Positions 18,282 through 28,099 of a DNA stretch of 60,048 nucleotides are shown piece by piece. The DNA lies in the NCBI GenBank assembly GCA_024277675.1, contig JAJRUS010000139.1, forward strand, positions 1-60,048, in the 5' to 3' direction. Under the pieces are notes generated by a model. That model was given only the letters and a program-made list of their open reading frames with translations. It did not search any database and was not told where the DNA came from. The position numbers and the translations under genes are program-made. The DNA comes from a bacterium. GTDB taxonomy: Bacteria > SZUA-182 > SZUA-191 > JAJRXT01. The stretch's first letter is position 1; each line of letters opens with the position of its first letter.

Positions 18282-19709
18282 TCAGGCGGTCGGCTTCACT
18301 TTAACTTTAAGCCCCTCCACCCCAGTAACCACTACCTTATCCCCGGCGTTTATTTTAGTTTCACTCTCAGCAGCCCACAGTTCCCCATGTACATACACCT
18401 TCCCCGCAGGGTCGATGTTTGTTTTGGCCCTGCCCAGCTCACCAATCATGCCTTCTGTGCCGCTGACTACCTTGCGGGCATGTACCTTGAATACCGCTCC
18501 CATTAAGAATACAGTAATCAGGGCAGTTGAAATAATCAAGGGAATTATCGTCCCCAACGATACCCGCATAAACTCATGCGGCGCATCAAACAGCATAAGC
18601 GAACCCAGCAGCATACACACCGCCCCCCCCAAGGTCAATAAACCATAACTTATTACCTTGACCTCGGCGATAAACAGGATAATGCCCAAAACAATCAGCG
18701 CCAAACCGGCATAATTAACCGGCAACGACTGGAACGAATAAAGCGCCAGGATAAGGCATATGGCCCCGGCCACTCCCGGAAAGCCGATGCCCGGATGGGT
18801 AAACTCGTATAACAGGCCGTAAAAACCCAGCAACATTAAAAAATAAGCGATATTGGGGTTGGATATGGTTCTTAAAACCTTCTCCCGGATGGTAGCCAGA
18901 ATATATTTTATAGTCACATTTTCGGTATTCAGCGTATATTCCCGGTCTACCGTTTTAACCCTTCTACCATTCAGCTTTTTTACCAAATCATCCAGATTAT
19001 CCGCTATCAGGTCAATCACCCCGGCGGCTAAGGCATCTTCCTCCGAATCGGAAATACTTTCCCTGACCGCGCGCACCGCCCACTCTACATTCCGGTCGCG
19101 CTGTTTGGCAATGGTACTAATCCAGGCGATGGTATCATTCATGATTTTATCGGCCATGGGGTCCCGGCTGTCTTGTGCATGATCCTCTCTGGGCTTTTGG
19201 GGTTCCCCCTTTTTTTCTTCGGGGGGTGCATCTTTTTTATCCCGTTGTTTAAGGTATTCCATCAACTTTTTAAATCCACCGCCGCCGGAATCTTTTTGGC
19301 CCCCGATATTCACCGGATGCGCCGCCCCGATATTGGTGGATGGGGCCATAGCGGCCACATTGGCCGCCAGCGTAATAAACACCCCGGCCGAACCGGCCCT
19401 CGCTCCCCTGGGCGACACATAAACCACCACCGGTACTTTGGCATTCATGATTTTTTTGACGATCTGGCGGGTGGCGCTAAGCAACCCCCCCGGAGTATCC
19501 AGCTCAATAATCAAGCATTCGGCGCCCGCTGTTTCGGCCTTATCAATGGCATTCATTATATATTCGGCGCTGATGGGATTTATTATCTCATCAGCAATCC
19601 GGGCCACATAAACTGTCTTGGCATCAGCCGCCCGGCAGATCGTCCCAATGGACAGCAACATGGGCAGCAGCAGCGCTATTAATATTCTGGAGGCCTTAGT
19701 CCTTAGCAT
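18282..19709 (-). CDS. nfeD: NfeD membrane-bound serine protease (ClpP class)
   Basis: ELDTPGG, RAGSAG, TNIGAAHPV, C-terminal OB domain GELWAA. Confidence 0.93.
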   Translation of the reverse strand: MLRTKASRILIALLLPMLLSIGTICRAADAKTVYVARIADEIINPISAEYIMNAIDKAETAGAECLIIELDTPGGLLSATRQIVKKIMNAKVPVVVYVSPRGARAGSAGVFITLAANVAAMAPSTNIGAAHPVNIGGQKDSGGGGFKKLMEYLKQRDKKDAPPEEKKGEPQKPREDHAQDSRDPMADKIMNDTIAWISTIAKQRDRNVEWAVRAVRESISDSEEDALAAGVIDLIADNLDDLVKKLNGRRVKTVDREYTLNTENVTIKYILATIREKVLRTISNPNIAYFLMLLGFYGLLYEFTHPGIGFPGVAGAICLILALYSFQSLPVNYAGLALIVLGIILFIAEVKVISYGLLTLGGAVCMLLGSLMLFDAPHEFMRVSLGTIIPLIISTALITVFLMGAVFKVHARKVVSGTEGMIGELGRAKTNIDPAGKVYVHGELWAAESETKINAGDKVVVTGVEGLKVKVKPTA

Positions 19710-19812
19710 TACATTGTCCAGGTATAAGAAATTATAAAAAATCAGGACTCGTCAGGGCGGAGCCTGCCGTAGCCCGGCGCTGATTTGCGCAGATATAACG
19801 CAGATTATTTTC

Positions 19813-19883
19813 TTTTTTTAGACAGGATGCACAGGATTAAAAGACTTAAATAATCATGTCAATCTTGTTAATCCCGTCAAAAT
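19813..19883 (-). repeat. REP-like palindromic repeat, copy 2 (inverted)
   Basis: TTTTTTTAGACAGGATGCACAGGAT...ATCTTGTTAATCCCGTCAAAA. Confidence 0.6.
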
Positions 19884-19918
19884 TTCTTCTTTTTAAATCA
19901 CTGGTCTGGGCATTTGGG

Positions 19919-21280
19919 TCAGTAACCCCAGTTTCCAAAATCCAGATAAGTCGCTTTAAGCGCCGCCAGTTTTGCGGGTAGCTGTTTGCTCAGCCTTTTA
20001 AAAAGCGGAGCGGCCAGGTAGATAAAGACCACCAGGCAATAGGCCATAATAGTCAGATTATGCATGCATAACGGTTTAGTAACCACAAACGGGCGAAACA
20101 AGACACTGAACTCAGGCACATACCAGCATAAGGCCTCCAGCGCAAAGTTATTTTTCACACATATATCAAGCGAATATTGGTCAAATACGGCGCCGCTTAC
20201 TCCCAGCCAGACCGACCAGCCGAGCACTGCCAGGGTGAATAAATTCGCCATAAGAGATTTATCGCGGTCTTGCAAGTGTACCGCCAGCGCAAAAGAGGCC
20301 GGAATAGAGGCAAACAAGAAGAACCTGGGCCCCCAGAAAACCCCCCCGTACCAGCCCCACCATTTTGAATAAACAAGCACCATACCAATCAAAAAATATA
20401 TCCAGAGCTTATAGCCATCATATACCTGTTGACTTATCAAGTGAAGCTTATTTTTTAAAAAAAGCAATAACCCGGGAGCAAAAAACACCAGCCCCCTGCC
20501 AAAAGAGAATAATATGGAAAGCAGCCCGAAAAAGAAGGGATAGCTGAACCCCGGTTGGCCGGAATACGGCATCATGGTCATCCAACCGACATCACCCTCA
20601 TAGCCGGTGGTAAAGGGATACCCCTCTCTAATCCACTGCTCGGCGCAAATAACCAATACCCCGACAACCAACAATAAAAAATATCGCCAGCGCTTCTTAT
20701 CCAAGGCCTGTTTTAATACTACACAACCCAGGCCGACCAACGAAGCGGGAGTATTTCCCACCCCCAGGATAACCGCCGTCCAGCCGCTATATGTATAATC
20801 TAAGGTAATTGCCAACAGGCCGACGCCGACCATAATGGCGGTAAATACCTCATGATAAGTCACTCTTAAATGGTTGGGAAACATAGAAGCCGCAATTAAG
20901 ATAATTAGAAACTTACGCAGCGTACTTTTGTTCATCTGGTTTCTCAATAACCGGTAAATAAAGAATAGCCCTGCACTGAACACCAAGAAATTATACCTGG
21001 CGCACCACCAACCCGGAGACTTATACCAGTTACCAAAAAGCCACAAGGGAATGGAGAAAATGGGGCCGGTAATCGGTTTCTGGGTAAAGGACAAGGGTAA
21101 TAATTTGCCCTGCACAATCGATTGGTAGAGGTTTTGAACCCGCACATAGTTAAAAATGTTAATACTGTGGGGTATCATATACAACAGCAAAAATAATCCC
21201 GCAAATATCAGCCCGAACTCAAACAGCATACACAGGACAGACTGTTCCCTTGCAGTCTTCCGATTAAGCTTGGATAACAT
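19919..21280 (-). CDS. Polytopic membrane protein, GT-C-like; paralog of the neighbouring gene
   Basis: Many TM helices; WWGWYGGVFWGPRFFLFAS. Confidence 0.75.
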   Translation of the reverse strand: MLSKLNRKTAREQSVLCMLFEFGLIFAGLFLLLYMIPHSINIFNYVRVQNLYQSIVQGKLLPLSFTQKPITGPIFSIPLWLFGNWYKSPGWWCARYNFLVFSAGLFFIYRLLRNQMNKSTLRKFLIILIAASMFPNHLRVTYHEVFTAIMVGVGLLAITLDYTYSGWTAVILGVGNTPASLVGLGCVVLKQALDKKRWRYFLLLVVGVLVICAEQWIREGYPFTTGYEGDVGWMTMMPYSGQPGFSYPFFFGLLSILFSFGRGLVFFAPGLLLFLKNKLHLISQQVYDGYKLWIYFLIGMVLVYSKWWGWYGGVFWGPRFFLFASIPASFALAVHLQDRDKSLMANLFTLAVLGWSVWLGVSGAVFDQYSLDICVKNNFALEALCWYVPEFSVLFRPFVVTKPLCMHNLTIMAYCLVVFIYLAAPLFKRLSKQLPAKLAALKATYLDFGNWGY

Positions 21281-21305
21281 AAGATTTTCTCATTGTTGTC
21301 AGGCG

Positions 21306-22643
21306 TCAATAGCGCCAGTTGTTAAAATCCAGCCGGCGCAGCTTAAAATTATTAAACTCCGTATTTAGCTGCCCAAACAGCATTTTTAAAAGTGGAAACA
21401 CCAGGTATAAAAATACAGCCAGATGATAAAGTATAATAATAATATGATGTAATTTGAGCGGCATAGACACTACAAATGGCCGCCACAATACACTGAACTC
21501 CGGCATATACCAGCATAAAGCCTCAAGCGCATAATTATTAGCCAAACAAATCCCAAGATTTGCCGTACCAAACACCGCTCCGCTTATACTCACCCAGACC
21601 GACAGGCAAAGCGCCCCCAGAGTGAGCAAATTCCTCAGCAGTGATTTATCTAAATCCTGCAGGTTTACCGCCAGCGCAAATGAGGCCAGAATAGAGGCAA
21701 ACAGGAAAAACCTCGGCCCCCAGAACCAGCCGCCATACCAACTCCACCATTTTGCATAAACGATGATTAAGCCTATCAAAAAACATATCCAAAGCTTATA
21801 AGCGGCGTATATTTCCGGTTTTATATTTCTACCCTTGACCAGCAATAACAACCCCGGCGCAAAAAAGAGGATCCCCTTACCAAACGAAAGCAATATGGAT
21901 ATTATCCCGAAGAAAAACGGATAACTGAACCCGGGCCGGCCCGAATAGGGCAGTATAGTGCGAAAACCGGCGTTGCCTTCATAACCGGTGATAAATGGAT
22001 GTCCCTGCCGTATCCAGAGTTCGGCGCAGATAACCGCCGCCGCCATAACCGGTATCATAAAATACCGCCAGCGTTTCTTAGCTATAGCTTGCTTAAGCAC
22101 CACCAAACCCAGCCCGGCTATAGCCGCCGGAGTATTCAGCACCCCCAGAATAACGACTCCCCACCAGCGGCCCGAATCATTTAGCGCCATAGCCAATATA
22201 CCCGCCCCTACCAATACAGCGGTGAAGACTTCCCCATAATACGTTGTTACATGATGGGAAAACATGGAACCCGCAATCAGAATAAGCAGAAACTTACGCA
22301 ATAAACTGCGGTTTACATGGTTTCGTAATATGCGATAGAATAAAAACAACCCGCCGGCAAATACAAAAAAATTATACCTGGCGCACCACCAGGCCGGGGA
22401 TTTATATAATTTGCCCAACAACCAGAACGGAGCGGAAAATATAGGGCCGATCATCGAATACGGCATACCCGATATTTTGCCCCGGGTTAATAATTCGGAG
22501 ATGGCATAGAAGCGCGGCCCCCCGTCACCCACAATCTTATAGGGCAACATAAAAAAAAGGGCTGAAAGCCCCAATACAATCAAAGCGGTCTCTATAATCA
22601 CCGGTTGAACTTGCTTGTTTTTTTGGTTTAATTTTGTCGACAT
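21306..22643 (-). CDS. Polytopic membrane protein, GT-C-like; paralog of the neighbouring gene
   Basis: Many TM helices; WWSWYGGWFWGPRFFLFAS. Confidence 0.75.
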   Translation of the reverse strand: MSTKLNQKNKQVQPVIIETALIVLGLSALFFMLPYKIVGDGGPRFYAISELLTRGKISGMPYSMIGPIFSAPFWLLGKLYKSPAWWCARYNFFVFAGGLFLFYRILRNHVNRSLLRKFLLILIAGSMFSHHVTTYYGEVFTAVLVGAGILAMALNDSGRWWGVVILGVLNTPAAIAGLGLVVLKQAIAKKRWRYFMIPVMAAAVICAELWIRQGHPFITGYEGNAGFRTILPYSGRPGFSYPFFFGIISILLSFGKGILFFAPGLLLLVKGRNIKPEIYAAYKLWICFLIGLIIVYAKWWSWYGGWFWGPRFFLFASILASFALAVNLQDLDKSLLRNLLTLGALCLSVWVSISGAVFGTANLGICLANNYALEALCWYMPEFSVLWRPFVVSMPLKLHHIIIILYHLAVFLYLVFPLLKMLFGQLNTEFNNFKLRRLDFNNWRY

Positions 22644-22644
22644 C

Positions 22645-23820
22645 TTATTTAAAGTTGCTATAGCCCGTGGAGAAGTCGCCCTTTAGTATTTTTGAGGCCG
22701 CATAAAACAGAAAATGCCTCAACCGGCCCTTTTCGCCGGCTATTTTCAGGTGCCGGGTGAGTTGGTTTTTGGGGATATGGGTTGCCCTGGGCCTTTCGAT
22801 CATCGAAAGCGCCCCCGGCTTGCAAGCCGACACACAGACGGCACACCCCAGACAGCGTTGCTGATCTATGACGGCTTTTTTAGCCTTATGCTCATCCGTA
22901 AGGCTTATGGCCTGTACCTGGCATCTGCCGGTACAGACACCACAACCGTTACAATGCTACGGGTTAATTTTGGCGATAAAGCGGCTGGGGGCCACCGCCT
23001 GGTTTATGTTCAGCCTATTTGTACCGGCCATAAGCTCACAACAGCAACTACAGCAATGGCAGATGAACAAGGGATCATCCCTTACATTATCGGTAATATG
23101 TACCAGTCCCAGCGCCTCTGTCTTATCCAACACCTTAAGCATTTCACTCATGGTAGCCGCGCTGGCAAATCCCCGGCGGACAAGGTATTCCGCCGCAAAA
23201 TCCAGTCCCATACACACCTCAAGCGGAGCCTGGCAGGCAGCGCCCAAATGCAGGGCCTTATGCCGGCAGAAGCAATTTTGCAGGGATAGATGGGATGCAT
23301 TGCGGATGATTTGGGACACCTGCTCATAGGGCATTATCTGACTGGTAAGCTTGGGTATGTTTTTTTCATAGATCAGCGTGCGGGACATCCGGGTTTTGGA
23401 GCCGAAGAATTCCAGCCCCATTTCTGCCCTTAAGCTCTTATCCATTAACTCAGCCAGGCGCTTTAGGGGCAGCTTGCTGTTTAAGCGCATAAAGGAAAAT
23501 TCAAAGAAACCGAAAACGGTGGGAGTGAGCAGGAAAAAACGTTTATCGGCGGGAGCTGAATCAAGCACCACCCCTTTCCGGGCCATACTCTCTAAAATCT
23601 GTTTAAGGCGTGCCTCAGCAATCCCGGTGCGCTTAATCAACTCCTCCATAGTGGCCGGCCCCAGGGGAAACCGGGCGCCGACTTGAGCTTCTTCCTGGCT
23701 GTACAGGATTTTCAGGATTTCATAAATCTCGGCCGTCTCAGGAGCCCCTACTTGATATTGATTCAGTCGCTTGATTAAATCATGGTAAGGCTTTTCTGGC
23801 AGATGTTTCAAATGACCCAT
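22645..23820 (-). pseudogene. Multi-[4Fe-4S] protein interrupted by in-frame TAG at 22957-22959
   Basis: ORF 22957..23820 (CFCRH, ICHCCSCCC) continues in frame past the stop: INP*HCNGCGVCTGRC...CLGCAVCVSAC...FK, ending at 22645. Confidence 0.82.
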
Positions 23821-23847
23821 TTATCCCAATCCATTCATTATGCTGCT

Positions 23848-23933
23848 CTTGTCGGTGTTTCGGCCTGTCCCCAGGCCGAAACCAACAAGGTGTGCGCTAA
23901 CCTCAAACCTTTCGGCTTGAGACAAGCCGAAAG
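23848..23933. repeat. Pair of related GC-rich hairpins (terminator or REP-like) downstream of icd
   Basis: GTTTCGGCCTG-TCCC-CAGGCCGAAAC and CTTTCGGCTTG-AGA-CAAGCCGAAAG. Confidence 0.5.
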
Positions 23934-23945
23934 ACCAAATCCAGG

Positions 23946-25028
23946 CTAACTCCTCAGCTTCTCAATGATCGCATCAGCTACCTGGGAGGTGCCTACCGCA
24001 GTGGGATCATCCGGCCTGGGTTTCATGTCATAAGTCACTTGCTTACCTTCTTTAATAACCTCGGCAATAGCCGTCTCCAGGCGTTGGGCGGCCTGGGCCT
24101 CACCGATGTGTTTTAGCATCAGCATCCCGGAGAGCATCATGGCCATGGGGTTTACCCTGTTTAAACCCTTATATTTGGGGGCTGAACCATGAGTCGGCTC
24201 AAACAAGGCGGCCTCATCCCCCATATTACCCCCCGGCGCCAGACCCAAGCCGCCAATCAGACCGGCCGCCAGGTCGGAAATAATATCCCCGTATAAGTTG
24301 GGCAATACCAATACATCGTACAATTCCGGCTTTTGCACCAGTTGCATGCACATATTATCCACTATACGGTCTTCAAACTCAATATCCGGGTACTCCAGAG
24401 CCACCTCACGCGCCGCTTCTAAAAACAAGCCGTCGCTATATTTCATGATATTGGCCTTATGTACCGCAGTTACTTTGCGGCGTCCATTAGCCCTGGCATA
24501 CTCAAAAGCAAAGCGCACAATTCTGGTTGAGCCGCTATGCGATATGGGTTTTATGCTGATCCCCGAATCCGGCAGAATATCGGTTCCACTTAATTGTTCA
24601 ATACATTGTATTACTTTCTGGCAAGCCGGCGTATTCGCCTCAAATTCAATACCGGCGTATAAATCCTCGCTGTTTTCCCTGACAATTACCAGATCGATAT
24701 TCTGATAGCGGGACCTGACCCCGGGATAGCTTTTGCAGGGCCTGAGACAGGCATACAGCTTTAATTCCTTGCGCATGGCCACATTTACGCTGCGAAAACC
24801 GGTGCCCACCGGGGTAGTAATCGGGCCCTTGATAGCTACCTTATTGCGGCGTATTGAGGCTAATACCTGCTCCGGCAAGGGAGTGCCATATTCCGCCAAT
24901 ACCCCTGTTCCGGCATGTTGTATATCCCAGGCAAACTCGACTCCGGTGGCTTCCAACACCCGGCGGGTGGCTTCACTGATTTCAGTTCCAACTCCATCGC
25001 CGGGGATAAGGGTTACTGCATGAACCAT
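23946..25028 (-). CDS. icd: Isocitrate dehydrogenase (NAD-type; isocitrate/isopropylmalate family)
   Basis: [52 protein letters not shown]. Confidence 0.85.
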   Translation of the reverse strand: MVHAVTLIPGDGVGTEISEATRRVLEATGVEFAWDIQHAGTGVLAEYGTPLPEQVLASIRRNKVAIKGPITTPVGTGFRSVNVAMRKELKLYACLRPCKSYPGVRSRYQNIDLVIVRENSEDLYAGIEFEANTPACQKVIQCIEQLSGTDILPDSGISIKPISHSGSTRIVRFAFEYARANGRRKVTAVHKANIMKYSDGLFLEAAREVALEYPDIEFEDRIVDNMCMQLVQKPELYDVLVLPNLYGDIISDLAAGLIGGLGLAPGGNMGDEAALFEPTHGSAPKYKGLNRVNPMAMMLSGMLMLKHIGEAQAAQRLETAIAEVIKEGKQVTYDMKPRPDDPTAVGTSQVADAIIEKLRS

Positions 25029-25193
25029 GAAATACTCCTTTTTATTTAATTGGATTTGGTCAATTTGTTATCAGAAAACAAAAAGTTAAAACAGATTATC
25101 AAAAAAGCGCCAAACAAGCAAGTTAAAACTGTATTAATCATGGAACAAGCGAGTCCCATCCAGATTACTTCGCGGTGGTTTAACTTCTTTCAC

Positions 25194-25375
25194 CTATCTA
25201 TATCGTTGAACCTTCGATACTTGCCTCGGCGACAACTTCAACTTCTCCGCCGCCGCCTTAACCGTACACCTACCGGCTAAACTCAAACTTACTACCGGCA
25301 ACCTGTTTAATTCCTTACTGCTCAATGTAATTGTCTCCATACCCCCGATGGTGACATTTTTACCCAGCTACCACA
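25194..25375 (-). mobile_element. IS remnant (ISNCY-like left end plus transposase HTH N-terminus), copy 1
   Basis: TGTGGTAGCTGGGTAAAAATGTCACC end, then METITLSSKELNRLPVVSLSLAGRCTVKAAAEKLKLSPRQV; related to the copies at 47687 and 59230. Confidence 0.65.
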
Positions 25376-25391
25376 TGTAATTTAAAAAAGC

Positions 25392-25419
25392 TTGAATTTT
25401 TAGCGGAAAATGGTATAAT
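25392..25419 (+). promoter_or_regulatory. Putative sigma70 promoter
   Basis: TTGAAT-16 bp-TATAAT with extended TGn. Confidence 0.5.
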
Positions 25420-25587
25420 TAAATTGACATATGATATAAAAAATTAATATTGTGTTTTTAAGAAAATCAAGGGCAAGGGTGTTTTTTGTTTTTTATTACA
25501 GTAACTGCTTGATTTATATATATGGTCGAGTTAAATTTATAAAATGAGTCGTGATTACAATTTATCTTAAACAATGAGGATAAAAAA

Positions 25588-27792
25588 ATGAGGGGAATGG
25601 AGCCAAAAAGGGATTTTATAGTGAAAGGCCTGGCGACTTTTTTATTTTTAGTGTTTTTGCCGGTGAGTGTGTGGGCGGCGGATTATTATGTAGCGGTTAC
25701 CGGTAATAATGCTAACGACGGGTCTGTAGGTGCGCCGTGGAAAACCATTACCCATGCCTTGGATCAGGCGATCGCCAATGATGTTATCCATGTAGCCAGT
25801 GTAACATATTCGACCTTGGCTACCGGCGAGAGTTTCCCGTTGGTTATGAAGCCGGGGGTTACTTTGTCGGGTGCCAACCGGGATACCACTATTCTGGATG
25901 CCGCTAATGCAGCCGGCGTGATATATGCTGAGGAGGTTAGCTCAGGCGGGCTGAGCAATTTTACGGTGACAAACGGCAAGGCCGGCAAGGGTGGTGGAAT
26001 TAATGCTGTCGATTCCGGTATTAATATTACCAATAATATCATCAGGAACAACGAGGCTGCAAATGGCGGCGCTATTAATGCCAAGGGCTTCAGTGGAACG
26101 ATCAGTGGTAATACCATTACCAGTAACCTGGCGACTGATACCGGCGGGGGCATCAGGCTGGTAGATTCAAACGCTGGCGTATCCGGAAATGTGATATCCA
26201 ATAACCAGGCGGGAGCCGGCGCCGGCTTTTATGTGACTGATGGATCAAGTACAATCAGCGCCAATCAGATAACCCAGAACACAGCCTATATGCATGGCGG
26301 TGGATTATATGTGGCTGATTGCGCCGGCTCGATTGATCGCAATACCATCCTGAGCAACGAAGCCACCAGAGGCAGCGGCGGGGGTATTTATGCAGTTAAT
26401 TTTTCGGGCAGCCTAAATAATAATTTAATTGCTAAAAATGTGGCGGATGCGGTGGCTGGTTTGTATGCCTCAGGTTTCGATGCCAATAGCGAAATAATAA
26501 ATAATACTATAGCCGACAATATTGGAACACTGGCCGAATCGGTGGGCGGCATGCAAGCCGCCGGGGTATTAAGTGTATTAAAAAATAATATATTCTGGAA
26601 TAATGGAGCCGATGATCTGTATGGGGGATTAGAGGGTGCGGGCACCTTAGCTGAAGGGACGGTGGGTATCAGTTATTCACTGATTAATGATTATGTGGGT
26701 ACCCGTAACAATATTTATGGCGATCCCTTATTTATTAATACCGCCGGCAATGACTATCATTTGAACGATACTTCACCGGCGATTGATGTGGGAACCAGCG
26801 TGGGCGCACCCACGCTGGACCTGGATGGCAATCTTCGTCTGTATGGAAGTAGCGTGGATATGGGGGCTTATGAATATGCCAGCGCTCCTCCCCCGGTGTG
26901 TGGCAATGGGGTGATTGAACTTCCTGAGGAGTGTGATGACGGCAATACAGTGGATGGTGACGGTTGTTCGAGTACCTGTCAAATTGAAGCTACAGTTTGT
27001 GAGATTAAAACCGATTATACCCCAGGCGTGGCATGCGCCTCAAGTACGGTGGTGGTGAATAATGACGCCGAGTTAGACGCCTATCTTACAGATTTCGGCT
27101 TTAATGGGAGCAAATACCAAAACCTCAACCTTAACTACGATGTGGCCAGAACAAATATTAATATCCACTCTCCCTGTAAGATCAAATTAAAGGGCAATGT
27201 TGTATTGACCGGTGATAACATTTGTCTGGATGGCCGGGCGGGGGTAAAAGACAATAACGGGTACACTGCTAATGCTGCTTCAGTGACGATATTGTCCGAA
27301 CTTGGACCTGCCGGCTTTGGTCAAGGCTCTGCTGTTAATGCCGGTGAATTGACCATCAGCGGTTTAAAGACCGTTAAGATTGGTAAAAATTCACAGGTTA
27401 ACGTGACTGGAGCTGTCAGGGTGATTTCTACCGGTGATCTTCCCAGGAGTGATGCTGTTATCAGGCAAGGCGCTACCGTAAATGCCGGTAGCTTGGTGGT
27501 GGAAGCTTCCAGGGGAGCTATTATTGGGAAAAACGTGGAGCTTAACCTGAGCGGTGAGGCATCGGTTACTTCTACTGGTAATTATGCCAACAGTCATGCC
27601 AAGATTAAACAGGGAGCTGTTGTCAGCGCTAATAGTTTGAATATGACTTCGGGTAATAAAGCTTCGCTTAAGAAAAATACCAGCATAACCACTACCGGGA
27701 ACTTTCACATGCAGGCCGCCTCCCCGAATAAATGTGCAATTGCCGGTTCAGCCACTATAAATGCGGGCAGTACTTCGGGTAATTGTTTTTAG
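25588..27792 (+). CDS. Secreted right-handed beta-helix protein (DUF1565-like N-terminus, Myxococcales-type Cys-rich repeat, C-terminal repeats)
   Basis: Signal peptide; YVAVTGNNANDGS..PWKTI; N-x-GGG repeats; DYHL..SPAID..VDMGAYE; CGNG..EECDDGNTVDGDGCSSTC. Confidence 0.8.
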   Translation: MRGMEPKRDFIVKGLATFLFLVFLPVSVWAADYYVAVTGNNANDGSVGAPWKTITHALDQAIANDVIHVASVTYSTLATGESFPLVMKPGVTLSGANRDTTILDAANAAGVIYAEEVSSGGLSNFTVTNGKAGKGGGINAVDSGINITNNIIRNNEAANGGAINAKGFSGTISGNTITSNLATDTGGGIRLVDSNAGVSGNVISNNQAGAGAGFYVTDGSSTISANQITQNTAYMHGGGLYVADCAGSIDRNTILSNEATRGSGGGIYAVNFSGSLNNNLIAKNVADAVAGLYASGFDANSEIINNTIADNIGTLAESVGGMQAAGVLSVLKNNIFWNNGADDLYGGLEGAGTLAEGTVGISYSLINDYVGTRNNIYGDPLFINTAGNDYHLNDTSPAIDVGTSVGAPTLDLDGNLRLYGSSVDMGAYEYASAPPPVCGNGVIELPEECDDGNTVDGDGCSSTCQIEATVCEIKTDYTPGVACASSTVVVNNDAELDAYLTDFGFNGSKYQNLNLNYDVARTNINIHSPCKIKLKGNVVLTGDNICLDGRAGVKDNNGYTANAASVTILSELGPAGFGQGSAVNAGELTISGLKTVKIGKNSQVNVTGAVRVISTGDLPRSDAVIRQGATVNAGSLVVEASRGAIIGKNVELNLSGEASVTSTGNYANSHAKIKQGAVVSANSLNMTSGNKASLKKNTSITTTGNFHMQAASPNKCAIAGSATINAGSTSGNCF

Positions 27793-27932
27793 GGGCGTCA
27801 TAGCCAGGAAGAAAAGACAATCGGGGCGGAAGCAGGCGACAGGAAAAGAACGATAAAAATATACCCTTAACCCGAATAATTATTATCTTATTACCAGCAA
27901 AAGTTAGCTGAATTTATGAATAGATTGGGTTA

Positions 27933-28095
27933 GGAGCCTGTCGGACTTTAGGGTTCGTAGCGAGGAAAGTAAGAAATACAGCCCATTTTTTCGGTCATTT
28001 GAGGCGAATAGCGTGTTTATTTAACGAAAATGAGCGGGAAAATGGATATGTTTATCACTTTCCACAGTAGAATCATCTAAAGTCCGACAGGCTCC
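27933..28095. mobile_element. MITE, 163 bp, with perfect 19-bp terminal inverted repeats
   Basis: GGAGCCTGTCGGACTTTAG...CTAAAGTCCGACAGGCTCC; degenerate copy at 47887. Confidence 0.75.
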
Positions 28096-28099
28096 CAGG

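Noticed and set aside
4127-22959. Stop-codon reassignment (TAA/TAG read as Glu) or pyrrolysine
   Set aside because: TAA and TAG end many clearly complete genes here (tolC, icd, fabG, fabF). Internal stops are rare, and the same G>T change also appears as missense, so lesions explain the data better.
22714-23289. 191-aa ORF on the + strand
   Set aside because: Antisense to the Fe-S gene, with no recognisable motifs.
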